A program made the position numbers and the translations under genes. The notes under the pieces are model-generated. The model was given only the letters and a program-made list of their open reading frames with translations, made no database searches and was not told the origin of the DNA. From positions 26,250 through 90,249 of the IMG/VR virus record IMGVR_UViG_3300027852_000031: a stretch of DNA of 64,000 nucleotides; one strand, written 5' to 3'. How positions within the stretch are numbered: position 1 is the stretch's first letter; each line of letters starts with the position of its first letter. Source of the DNA: a virus. Shown one piece after another: positions 54,158-63,756 of the stretch.

Positions 54158-57100
54158 ATGAGGATGTATACTTTACATTTTGGGCATGGTATGGAGCATA
54201 CACAGGTTCTGTATGATCTTGCTAAAGGTAATTATCCATATGTATTTGATGGGTGGGACAATGGTAATGGTGATGTTCCAGATGCTGTTTGTGAAAACAC
54301 ACGTATCGTTTCTCATAAAGAAATTTTCGACAGATATGGGGTAAAAGGTGGGTGTGGGGAATATTGTTTAGAAACATGGAGTCACGATACAGATCGCCCA
54401 CAATACGCATGTCGACTATATACTGGTGGCCATGGCGATACATCTTTGTATGGCAAAGATGTTCGTGCATTCTATCTCAAATTTGATTTTTTGTATACTG
54501 AAACCGATGAGGGTACAGTTGTAATTTTACAAAGAAGCCGCACTGGTTTGGGCGATCCCACCTCAGAAGATTTAACATTAACTTTAAAAAATGGTTATCT
54601 AGAAGTCCTAGGATCAAAGCATATTACCCAGCCCGACACAGAACCTCCTACATATAGAGAAGATGGTTGGATTCCCAGGGGTGATGGTCGTAACGGTTCG
54701 ATTTATTTAGCTCCGAATAAATGGCATGAGATTCAGGTTTTCGTCAACGCCAACCAGGGATGGGATGTCAGTGAAATTGGTGCCAACGCTAATGGACTGG
54801 GATACTTTGACGTAGATCCATTTGTTCCATATTTCCAGGCATATGAGCAAAATCCAGTAACACCATCGAACCCAGTACCGAAAATAAAAGGCTCAGAAGA
54901 TACAGCTTTTACAAGACCATTAAGGGTTGACACATGGCCATCGAATGGTCATCCAAAATTTCCAAATGCAATATTGCCCGGTCAGGATCAAACATCTTGG
55001 CCCCCAGAAAATTATGGTAGTGGCCAATATTTTTATGGTGACAAAATAGGAATGATATATGTTTGGGTTAATGGCCAACTAGATCTACAACATACGACTA
55101 ATATGTCTAACGAACAAACGGGTTGGGAGTCGATATATTCACAACAAAGTGTATTCCTGGGTCACAATATAGCGACCTCCGATCCTGATGATCCACATAG
55201 CGGTCGTTTTTTCTATGATAACGTTATATGGAACGATGTCAGAAATCCATCTGGTACATATCCTTCCAAAATTTTTACACCACCATTTTCGTCTGACGAT
55301 TCTTTGGAATGGGAACCAAATTACAAACTTAAGTTTACAGCAATGCAAATGGACCCCAACTATTGGGAAGTCGATGGGGTTGGGCGGTACAATACCAGAA
55401 AACATAATACATGGATGCCAAACTACCCACTCGGTGCTTTGGTGCCTAGTGGTCAACCATATTGGGTTGATGTGCCTGCCAGATATGGATCACCAACAGA
55501 TAGTATGATCCCGCATGGAAGTAAATTGACTGTAATACATACCGATTGGAATGGCAACAAACAAGAATATAATGTACGGTCAGGAAACCGAACACTGTAT
55601 CCAGATTATAATGTCGATTATGCGTATCAAAATGTCCAGCCGAACGAAAGCAATCCTTTTGCTGTGAATCAAGATGATCCACGTTTGGACTCTTTGACGT
55701 CTGGCAATAAAGTCTTGTTTTATCTGAAACGACCTGCGATTGCTTCTGGACAGCAGCCAGTGGCCGGTGGATATGGTCTCGGTGGTATGAAAGATTATAT
55801 GCCAAATATATATGGAGATCTAGGTCAATCATCATTGCCGCCGATTTATCGTATATGGACTTGTATACAAGACCATGTTATTGGTACATCCGAGCCTGTT
55901 GATTTACAATATCATCTAATACGTGTTCCATCTGGTATTAGTGGTTATGTAGACTATTTGTCCGACAATCAGTGTCCAGGCGACAGGGCGTATAGATCAT
56001 ATACAAACGGTAATGCTGCATTGGCCGATGGATATTCAATGTGTGATTGGCCATATAATCCAATCACCGGTGATCCGTGGGTATGGGATGATTTGGATAC
56101 AATACAAATTGGCGCCTACCATGGAACACATCTTGGTGGCAATCGCGTAATATTGTACACAATCTATTTGGTTGTTGAACATGCTGGTAATATTGACCCA
56201 GAATCTGACATTGTTGGAACAAATATTTTAGACTGGTCTATTGCCGATGATATACCATTCATCTCGCAAGACAAGAAACTATATATGCCAGGTTGGGCAC
56301 CATACAATCCGAACGAACGATCTTCGTACTACAATATATGGAATATAGATCCTCCATTTGTTATAGAACGATCCGACAGAGAAACCGAAGATGGACAAGC
56401 TATTGTGTCTAATCCGCAGTACAGTGGTATTATAGAATGGGATTATAAAATTCGATATCTTACTGGAGAGATCATTCAAGGTTCAAATTACAGAAAATTT
56501 GATGAACATTTTGATCCTGTATTTGTTTATACAGTTAGCGGCATAAACCCCTCTAATCCGATTAGACATCCGATGCGGGGAGAAGTGATCACAGATGTGG
56601 ATGGAAATCATTTTACTTTTCTTACATATCCGGTTTTAGAGTGGAACGACAAAAAATATCCCACAGATCCCGGATTGTCTCCTCTTGATTATTATCCATA
56701 CGTAAGATATGACTATGATGTTATGTATATAGCACCATTGCAATTGGGAAATTTTTCGGAATATGGTGATTTTACTGGTTATATAGATACAAATTTACGA
56801 CCAAATATTAGTGGCGGGCAGTGGACAATAAATAAAAGAGAAAACGCATTTAATTTTAGAATAGATAGTGATAGTTATTTTCATCCATTCAGTCCATCAT
56901 CTGTGGTTAATCATGCGGCTACTAATCCAGATGAATCGCTCGACTATACATTCCCGCAATCCAGATCTGGTCATGACTATTATTTCCAATCACCAGACTT
57001 ACCTTCTGGTTCAGTATCTCAGGTAATATATCTGACAGATAGATTTGGTATTTCGGCGAATGCTATAGATAATGGTTTATATCAAGCTGATATAGGGTTA

Positions 57101-57655
57101 TATCAAACGACAGCGAGCCAGACAATAAATGATTCGGGTGAGGGTAGATTCGATTTCTATAGTGGTGTACCAGGTATAGATACATTCATATCGGGCTATA
57201 CGTTTGGTTCTGACGATACGCCAATATGGCATCTTAACGAAACTACTGTTACTGTTCCGTCTGGTACTAGACAAGTCGAATTCACATTCAGCGCGATAAG
57301 GAATACGCCAGGAAATAAATCTCCTGGTGGCACATTGGGCGGAACTTCTAATTTTGCTTCTTTTGATGCCCCATTCTTTATACTGCAAATGTCACCAAGT
57401 TATACACAGTCAACATATCACCCAGCGGATATTGACGAGGATAATCGTATAGAAAATTATGAATTAAGTAATTATATACTACAATGGCAAAGTGGTATTC
57501 TTCCTCTTGGGGTAGCCAAAAAATATCTAACTAGAGCAGAAAACATATGGCAAAGTGGGGTATCTAGGTCGTCTGGCGACCTTGTTGGCGGGGAATATTA
57601 TGATGCCAAAGACGGGCCTCCACCAGAAAATTGGGTTGGTTCAGGATCTGTGTAA
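54158..57655 (+). CDS. Large virion protein with lectin-like domains and C-terminal dockerin-like motif
   Basis: LamG-like KWHEIQVFV...VWVNGQL...YDNVIWN; jelly-roll-like WHLNETTVTVPSGTRQVEF; HPADIDEDNRIENYEL. Confidence 0.55.
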   Translation: MRMYTLHFGHGMEHTQVLYDLAKGNYPYVFDGWDNGNGDVPDAVCENTRIVSHKEIFDRYGVKGGCGEYCLETWSHDTDRPQYACRLYTGGHGDTSLYGKDVRAFYLKFDFLYTETDEGTVVILQRSRTGLGDPTSEDLTLTLKNGYLEVLGSKHITQPDTEPPTYREDGWIPRGDGRNGSIYLAPNKWHEIQVFVNANQGWDVSEIGANANGLGYFDVDPFVPYFQAYEQNPVTPSNPVPKIKGSEDTAFTRPLRVDTWPSNGHPKFPNAILPGQDQTSWPPENYGSGQYFYGDKIGMIYVWVNGQLDLQHTTNMSNEQTGWESIYSQQSVFLGHNIATSDPDDPHSGRFFYDNVIWNDVRNPSGTYPSKIFTPPFSSDDSLEWEPNYKLKFTAMQMDPNYWEVDGVGRYNTRKHNTWMPNYPLGALVPSGQPYWVDVPARYGSPTDSMIPHGSKLTVIHTDWNGNKQEYNVRSGNRTLYPDYNVDYAYQNVQPNESNPFAVNQDDPRLDSLTSGNKVLFYLKRPAIASGQQPVAGGYGLGGMKDYMPNIYGDLGQSSLPPIYRIWTCIQDHVIGTSEPVDLQYHLIRVPSGISGYVDYLSDNQCPGDRAYRSYTNGNAALADGYSMCDWPYNPITGDPWVWDDLDTIQIGAYHGTHLGGNRVILYTIYLVVEHAGNIDPESDIVGTNILDWSIADDIPFISQDKKLYMPGWAPYNPNERSSYYNIWNIDPPFVIERSDRETEDGQAIVSNPQYSGIIEWDYKIRYLTGEIIQGSNYRKFDEHFDPVFVYTVSGINPSNPIRHPMRGEVITDVDGNHFTFLTYPVLEWNDKKYPTDPGLSPLDYYPYVRYDYDVMYIAPLQLGNFSEYGDFTGYIDTNLRPNISGGQWTINKRENAFNFRIDSDSYFHPFSPSSVVNHAATNPDESLDYTFPQSRSGHDYYFQSPDLPSGSVSQVIYLTDRFGISANAIDNGLYQADIGLYQTTASQTINDSGEGRFDFYSGVPGIDTFISGYTFGSDDTPIWHLNETTVTVPSGTRQVEFTFSAIRNTPGNKSPGGTLGGTSNFASFDAPFFILQMSPSYTQSTYHPADIDEDNRIENYELSNYILQWQSGILPLGVAKKYLTRAENIWQSGVSRSSGDLVGGEYYDAKDGPPPENWVGSGSV

Positions 57656-57659
57656 TATG

Positions 57660-57667
57660 GTGTATAA
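57660..57667 (+). promoter_or_regulatory. GTGTATAA putative late promoter
   Basis: Intergenic, before the AGGAGGTGA RBS of 57704. Confidence 0.6.
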
Positions 57668-57703
57668 TATATTGTAAGATACTAATGGAAGGAGGTGAAA
57701 GAT

Positions 57704-58345
57704 ATGGCAGCAGCAATTACGTTTTATGCAGGAGAAGGCGGTGGAGTTTGGACGAATCTGAATGCATCTGGCCTCGGTTTCTTCGGTGCGTCTTTTGGAA
57801 CTTCGGTTCAAGTCGGGGAGTATCAAGACAGCACCTTCATCAGTGCTAGTGACGGTAGCGCTCCAGCTGGTCCACAGGCGACCAACTGTAAATACGATAC
57901 TGTTACATCTGGTGTAATAATCGATGGCGCATCTGCTATCGTGCCTTCGGCGGTACCCATTAATGATTCTAGTATGAATATACGATTTACTTTTGACAGT
58001 GCTGTTAAAACACAGAATTGTCAATTGAGAATTTTTGATCGTACAAATATAAACAATGGGGCCGAAGGAGTTACTACTCAGGTTCTGCAAGTTTGTAATG
58101 GTGGATCTGGTGTTAGTTCAAGTGGTACAGCAATTGCTCCAGGTAGTCATCCTGGATGGATAGCACCATCAGGTTCAGGTGTGACAGTATCGCTACTCAG
58201 TAGCCCAGGTAGTGGTGGTCTATCGCCATCTGGGACAGATACTCAAGATGTACGACACGATTGGTTCTCATGTTTGTCGGCATCGCCTTTGAGTATTGGC
58301 TCTAAACAGAACTTCGGTTTGTATTGCCAACTCGAATATTTGTAA
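57704..58345 (+). CDS. Virion structural protein, probably abundant; paralogue of 53485..54120
   Basis: Own promoter motif, perfect SD, downstream terminator; FYAGE..SGLGFFG, RHDWF...NFGLYCQLEYL. Confidence 0.72.
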   Translation: MAAAITFYAGEGGGVWTNLNASGLGFFGASFGTSVQVGEYQDSTFISASDGSAPAGPQATNCKYDTVTSGVIIDGASAIVPSAVPINDSSMNIRFTFDSAVKTQNCQLRIFDRTNINNGAEGVTTQVLQVCNGGSGVSSSGTAIAPGSHPGWIAPSGSGVTVSLLSSPGSGGLSPSGTDTQDVRHDWFSCLSASPLSIGSKQNFGLYCQLEYL

Positions 58346-58368
58346 ACCCTTGTCAATAAAGGAGTTAT

Positions 58369-58413
58369 GAGAGGACATTGATTGACCCGACGATCATAGT
58401 CCTCTCTTTTTTT
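58369..58413 (+). terminator. Rho-independent terminator
   Basis: GAGAGGAC/GTCCTCTC stem followed by T7. Confidence 0.7.
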
Positions 58414-58424
58414 GGGAGATTTTT

Positions 58425-59147
58425 GTGAACGGAAAACCTATTCCCAGGAATCAAAACGGATTAATAGAAAAATCATGTATTGATTGTGGAAAAATTAGAT
58501 ATTCAAAAACAAGTCTTCCTAGAGATCGATGCACTCGCTGTGCAAAAATTTATAGATTTAAGCATAATCCAGCTGTTGGTGTTAAGAATATATCAAACAT
58601 AGATTGTGCTGTATAGGAATATAAAAATGGCATGAGTCTTAAGGAATTAGGTGACAAACACAATATGTCGGCTATGACGATAAGATCTAAATTAATATCA
58701 CGTGGTTGTATCATGCGAAAAAGCCAAGAAACAGCTGTCGGGCAAAAAACTTTCCAAAAAGCCCATGCTAAAATTAAACAACTTTGTGCAACAGGTGAAT
58801 TTCAAAGACAGAAAAGCGCCAAACTACAGGGAATCCCACTTGAAAAATGGAAGGGATTTGTAACTCCGGAAAATAACAGATTAGTTGCTAGTCCAGAATA
58901 CAAACAATGGCAAAAAACTGTTTTTGACAGAGACAATCGTACTTGTCAGCTATGCGACAAAACACAATGTCCAATAGCCGCTCACCATATTTATCCAAAA
59001 GCCAAATATCCAAAAAAGGTACTTGATGTTGATAACGGCATTACACTGTGTGACAAATGTCATCACAAAACCATCGGCCATGAACATGAATACATTGATC
59101 GTTTAGTTAGTTTGGTACGGAGTAGATTATGTGGAAAAAAGCATTAG
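58425..59147 (+). pseudogene. HNH endonuclease split by in-frame TAG (58614-58616)
   Basis: ORFs 58425..58616 and 58632..59147 share a frame; the join reads IDCAV*EYKNGMSLKELGDKHNMSAMTI (HTH); C-terminal CQLC...AHHI...NGITLCDKCH HNH motif. Confidence 0.72.
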
Positions 59148-59443
59148 GCTTAGACGACGAAATGTACGATTCGATATCCGAAGCAAAAGTTGCTGACTGG
59201 CTATGGATCAAAGGTATAGAATACGAACCACATAAACACCTACCGAAGCCAAGCAGAAGTATCTGTGATTTTTATTTACCCGACTATAGGTTGTGGGTTG
59301 AATATGATGGTCTTATGGAAGTTCGAAAAGACGACAAGTTGAAGAACAAAATACGATTTTATACTCAGAACAACATGAAGTTTATAGTTATAACTAGAAA
59401 GAACTGGCAAAGAGATTTATTCAATTGTATGGAGTTGGGATAA
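59129..59443 (+). CDS. Small PD-(D/E)xK nuclease-like protein
   Basis: YDSISEAKVADWL...CDFYLPDYRLWVEYDG. Confidence 0.7.
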   Translation: MWKKALGLDDEMYDSISEAKVADWLWIKGIEYEPHKHLPKPSRSICDFYLPDYRLWVEYDGLMEVRKDDKLKNKIRFYTQNNMKFIVITRKNWQRDLFNCMELG

Positions 59444-59447
59444 TACT

Positions 59448-59804
59448 ATGACCAAAAAACAACAAACACTTTATGCTTTTATTATAGCCATGATAAGCGT
59501 AGTCGGTGGAATCGCTGGAACATCCTTTACCATGGGATCAGAGAGTCAGAGAATCAGTGGACAATTATCTATGCATGATGTCGCAATAGAAAATATCAAA
59601 GACGATCAAATAACAAATAAACAAGATATCAAGAATGATATAAGTGATTTCACTAAAATACTTTCAGATACAGTTTCTGAATTAAAAGAAGACATCAGCG
59701 AATTAACATGTGTTGTCGGCGATCTAAGAACAGACGTACAAGTACTAAAGGCGCTCATGGAACGGATGGAAAATGATATAAATAGAAGATCTTTTGAAGG
59801 TTAA
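59448..59804 (+). CDS. Single-TM coiled-coil protein (holin/spanin-like role possible)
   Basis: N-terminal TM helix then heptad repeats; last gene of the late block. Confidence 0.45.
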   Translation: MTKKQQTLYAFIIAMISVVGGIAGTSFTMGSESQRISGQLSMHDVAIENIKDDQITNKQDIKNDISDFTKILSDTVSELKEDISELTCVVGDLRTDVQVLKALMERMENDINRRSFEG

Positions 59805-60286
59805 TACCATTTAGCCATGACACGCACCGCTTGTTTTAACAGCACTTCTAGAACATATGCTTCTCCACGGGTTATGTTGTGCATACATGCTGTTCTTTTA
59901 TTGTCTCTTTTGATACTGAGACAGAGTTTAAAACAATTAAGATCTTTATCTTTTACTAAATACATAACCGCATTGCCTTTTGGGTTTGAGTGAAACAACC
60001 CCTTGTGTTTACCCTTGTCTCTATCTAGTGGTCCTACACCAACTTGACCACCAGCCAGAACTGATAATATTTCACCAATATCTGTTTCTCCCAGCTTAAA
60101 AATAAGCTTGTTTTCCCAATCAAATTTACCGGCTTGGTCATCATTGTTCTGACTAGCCATTTCCAAGAAAACACAATCTTTTTCAGATCCCAGATTCCAT
60201 TGCGAAGCAGATCCGCACCCATCTCTTTTGGGCTTATAAATAGTGAAGCCTTTTGTGAATTCTTTCGCCATATTAGTCATCTCCAT
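59801..60286 (-). CDS. Whirly-like ssDNA-binding protein
   Basis: KFDWENKLIFKLGETDIGEIL resembles the Whirly YDWxxKQVFSLSVTEIG motif; C-terminal ITRGEAYVL helix. Confidence 0.55.
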   Translation of the reverse strand: MEMTNMAKEFTKGFTIYKPKRDGCGSASQWNLGSEKDCVFLEMASQNNDDQAGKFDWENKLIFKLGETDIGEILSVLAGGQVGVGPLDRDKGKHKGLFHSNPKGNAVMYLVKDKDLNCFKLCLSIKRDNKRTACMHNITRGEAYVLEVLLKQAVRVMAKWY

Positions 60287-61175
60287 TTTCTTTTGTTTGT
60301 TCTTTCAACTCGCGTATGGCAACTGCAGTTCTTACAGCATCCTCATATGATATTTCTGTTAAATCAACATCCCCAGTAATTTCGCTTATAGCAAATGTTA
60401 TACCAAGTTTATTTAATATATCTGGTATTGATAACTTATTTCTGTCAGCCATTAATCTAATTAAGCTTATTTGGCCAGTATGAATCGATCCACCCTTTTG
60501 TATCTCATTAATTGACGCCATCGTTTTGGTAACTTCTTCCGCAGCCAACACTCTACGTAGACAAAGCGCATTTCTGAACATACGACCCTTAGCTCTGGTA
60601 TCAGCCATTGCTACTAGGTGGGTTGCATAATCCTCCAAACAGTTACCTTCATGGGCATCGGCTAGTGCCTCAAATCTTTTAGTAATACCGTTTGGTAGGA
60701 AAAAAATACCCCACGCCTTTGCGCAAGCTCTAAAACCATTTTCGGCTGTAGGAGAAGCAACTAAATCACACCCCTCTTCAATTAACTCACCGATTAATTC
60801 ACCAGCCATACGTCTAAGACCTTCGACTCTTGGATATTGCCCATCTACTTCGTCTGGCATAAATTTGCCAAGAACATATTGTGTCCATTCTGGATCATTA
60901 ATACACGGGGGAGTACGCTCGTCTGATTCGTCATCGCTCGTAGATTCCACGTCTACAGCAATACCTATTTCATCATCTTCTTCTGTGGCAGTTTCTAATA
61001 TTTCCATTGTTTCGTCTTTGGCACTATAATTTTGCACTTTCGCCAGTAAATCTGGTCTCTTTAGCGGTTTTCCATCTTTGTCTACGAGGCTAGAAGTTTC
61101 ACACCCTAAAGATAGTAGTAGTGTATGTAATTCCTGTTTACTCATACGTGTCGGTGCTTTATTCGTGTCAGACAT
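60273..61175 (-). CDS. Rad52/Sak-like ssDNA-annealing protein
   Basis: PRVEGLRRMA...ALADA...N...AMADTRAKGRMFRNAL...EE pattern of Rad52-superfamily phage recombinases. Confidence 0.6.
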   Translation of the reverse strand: MSDTNKAPTRMSKQELHTLLLSLGCETSSLVDKDGKPLKRPDLLAKVQNYSAKDETMEILETATEEDDEIGIAVDVESTSDDESDERTPPCINDPEWTQYVLGKFMPDEVDGQYPRVEGLRRMAGELIGELIEEGCDLVASPTAENGFRACAKAWGIFFLPNGITKRFEALADAHEGNCLEDYATHLVAMADTRAKGRMFRNALCLRRVLAAEEVTKTMASINEIQKGGSIHTGQISLIRLMADRNKLSIPDILNKLGITFAISEITGDVDLTEISYEDAVRTAVAIRELKEQTKENGDD

Positions 61176-61755
61176 TTTGATTCTCCGTTAACGCTATTCT
61201 AGCCAACATTTCTGCGTCGAAATCTGGAACTATTGTTGTATGTACATCTATACCAAACTCTGCTGCGATCAATCGTCTGTGATCATCGTGTCTAGAAATG
61301 ACACGTATTCTGGCATCGCAGAATGCTGGTCTAATTTGGTCTGTATCCTTGTTTGGTACATCAATAAATTCTGGATCAAATACATAATGATAAACTATAT
61401 CTGCATTTGTCGATAGGGCATGAATCGCTGTTTCCATACTTGTTGCTATGAGCGGATATCTATCCCATCTTAAAAGTTCTGCTATACCAAACAATGGACA
61501 TAATACCGGCACACATGGCGGCATTATGTGTTGTCTAAAAATACAGATATCTAGTCCTGCATATTTTTTACAAAGATTGTTTATTGAATTGAGTCCAAAA
61601 TAAGTCATATGTGAGGTTGATAGATGGTTAAACATGAATCCTACTATGGAACGTTCACTCTCTAATTTTAAACCAATTTTTGCCATTTCTAATGACGCAG
61701 CTTCTTTTCGCCGAATTGCTTCGGCGTGTTTAGGATTTTTTTGTTTTTTACCCAT
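61168..61755 (-). CDS. Hypothetical protein in glycosyltransferase cluster
   Basis: Rossmann-like alternation; context only. Confidence 0.5.
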   Translation of the reverse strand: MGKKQKNPKHAEAIRRKEAASLEMAKIGLKLESERSIVGFMFNHLSTSHMTYFGLNSINNLCKKYAGLDICIFRQHIMPPCVPVLCPLFGIAELLRWDRYPLIATSMETAIHALSTNADIVYHYVFDPEFIDVPNKDTDQIRPAFCDARIRVISRHDDHRRLIAAEFGIDVHTTIVPDFDAEMLARIALTENQNV

Positions 61756-62518
61756 TTGGACTATTCCTACGACTTAGGGCAAGATTACGAGCCATCTGTT
61801 CATGTTGATCTATTTGTTGCTCATTGGTTGAGTTGCTTGTTAGTTCTATGTTATTATGTAATGGCGCCGGTATGTGGTATATTAGACCAATCTCCGAAAT
61901 TCTCAACAAAAAATCATAATCCTCCCTATCCGACATCTGTTCATTGAACCCACTCTTGAGTTGTGGGAATACGTTAGATCTAACGAGCAAATTCCGATCA
62001 TATTGATGTCCTGCTAGGAGTTTTTGTATATCAAATGATGGTCTAAATATTCGCTCAACTCTTCCATCCAAATGGTATAGATCACAATCACTAACGACAC
62101 AAGCAACTTGCGGAAACTGGTTAAACACACATACTGCTTGTGATATTTTATCTGGCGCATACCAGCTGTTTGGATCTATAAAACCAAAAATCGTTACACC
62201 TTGCCACTTCATCTGTATCGCCGTATTAAGTGTTCTTGCCGTGGTTCCTTTCCGTTGCCGAAATATCTTGATAGAAACACCATTCAAAATACCATCAAAT
62301 TCTGGTGGCATCCCAGTATTACCGTCAATTGTAACTGGCTGTGCCCCTAATAGTTCACATAATATATCATATGTTCCATCAGTACTGTCATTATCACCTA
62401 TTATTACTTGATCTGGCGGTCTAAATCCTGCAGTGATAGAATTAACAGCCTTCTTAACGTTGGTTTTGTTGTTTTCAGTGACCATAACGATTGTTATGTT
62501 TTCTTTGTCTTTAATCAT
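61748..62518 (-). CDS. Glycosyltransferase family 2
   Basis: ITIVMVTEN, IIGDNDSTDGT, FIDPNSWY, EDYDFLLR; likely start ATG 62518. Confidence 0.85.
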   Translation of the reverse strand: MIKDKENITIVMVTENNKTNVKKAVNSITAGFRPPDQVIIGDNDSTDGTYDILCELLGAQPVTIDGNTGMPPEFDGILNGVSIKIFRQRKGTTARTLNTAIQMKWQGVTIFGFIDPNSWYAPDKISQAVCVFNQFPQVACVVSDCDLYHLDGRVERIFRPSFDIQKLLAGHQYDRNLLVRSNVFPQLKSGFNEQMSDREDYDFLLRISEIGLIYHIPAPLHNNIELTSNSTNEQQIDQHEQMARNLALSRRNSPNG

Positions 62519-63279
62519 GATATAAATACATCTTCGCAAAACCAAGTTAATTTGATGCACGTATCTTGTTCTTCTTTGCTTAATTGCTGCTCGAACGTCA
62601 GATTTTCCTTGTTCATTATTAATGCTCGATATGGCTTAGTTATAAATACACCAAAATTTAAGTCATTTATATGTATCCATGTGTCACCAATAACTGATGA
62701 CATAGACCAGTGGATTACTCTTGTATAAGGGTGTTCTATGTGCTTCGACAAAATATCCAAACCATATATCTGCTGGCCCGCAGACAAAACTGTAAAAAAT
62801 TTGGCATGCACCTGTTTAGAAATCCTCTGTATTGTACGAGATCTCTGGTCATATGTTTCATGTTTTGCGCTACTATCTACAACAACATCAATAGAGTTGG
62901 CGTGCTCCTTCATACAATCTAGCGATATATTTTTGCGATCACCAAAACCTGTTGTATCAACAATAATAACTTTTTGGACATATTTGGCGAACCACTCAGA
63001 ATCAAGTGTCCTGTTAAGATCAGATGCTGTGTGAATATGTTCGTCGAACAATATCAATAAATCAAATTTAAATACATTCTCACTAATAACTTTATCTTTT
63101 AATACTTCTATGTCACAGGTTTTGTGAGATTGAGCCCACTGATTGCTTCTGCACAATCGACAATAACCCGGAGCGATAACATTACCATTTTTCTCTACAC
63201 ACATTTGAAATAACCGACAACCACGCCCAGTATCATCACTTTTGAGGAAACAGCATCCGTTGCAACCAGTTGTTAGCAT
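62515..63279 (-). CDS. Cys-rich N-terminus plus degenerate GT-A-like domain
   Basis: CNGCCF...CRLC; FDLLILFDE, VIIVDTTG, FFTVLSAG resemble GT2 strands. Confidence 0.5.
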   Translation of the reverse strand: MLTTGCNGCCFLKSDDTGRGCRLFQMCVEKNGNVIAPGYCRLCRSNQWAQSHKTCDIEVLKDKVISENVFKFDLLILFDEHIHTASDLNRTLDSEWFAKYVQKVIIVDTTGFGDRKNISLDCMKEHANSIDVVVDSSAKHETYDQRSRTIQRISKQVHAKFFTVLSAGQQIYGLDILSKHIEHPYTRVIHWSMSSVIGDTWIHINDLNFGVFITKPYRALIMNKENLTFEQQLSKEEQDTCIKLTWFCEDVFIS

Positions 63280-63746
63280 TTTTGTACCTCTATATACATC
63301 GCAATACCTTCATATCTCTTGGTGGTAATTACCAATCCTAGTTCAGACAATATTCTCAATATTGTATCTGAATCTATGATAACATTGCGTCTATCATGCT
63401 CTTGATCGGCCCCCAAAATAATCTTAGTAAATTCACCCAAATCTATTTGACCCTGAACGAACGATTGCGCGACCACATAACAATCTGGTATTAAAATGGT
63501 GATTTTACCACCGATTTTGAGTTTAGCAAACCAATTGGCTATCGCTTTTTTCACAGAATCTATATTAGTCAAGTATTCCAGGCAATCTATAGCCAGAATC
63601 TCGTCCACTGTATCATTCTCTGTTAACCAGTCTAGCGACTCCATATCGCCCTGTCTAAAAAATTCACCAGATACATTTAATGATTTACAATCTATATTGA
63701 TATATCCCACCCTAATGTCATCACCACATCCTAGATTTAATCGCAT
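63273..63746 (-). CDS. Class I SAM-dependent methyltransferase
   Basis: MRLNLGCGDD...YINID...VDEILAIDCLEYL...LKIGGKITILIPD. Confidence 0.85.
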   Translation of the reverse strand: MRLNLGCGDDIRVGYINIDCKSLNVSGEFFRQGDMESLDWLTENDTVDEILAIDCLEYLTNIDSVKKAIANWFAKLKIGGKITILIPDCYVVAQSFVQGQIDLGEFTKIILGADQEHDRRNVIIDSDTILRILSELGLVITTKRYEGIAMYIEVQKC

Positions 63747-63756
63747 CTATTGTCTC

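Noticed and set aside
501-58090. Numerous 60-160 aa ORFs antisense or out of frame within long genes
   Set aside because: Shadow ORFs of the coding strand, with no RBS or motifs.
59801-59804. Overlapping TTAA stops of the convergent gene blocks
   Set aside because: A common compact arrangement; no evidence of a further function.
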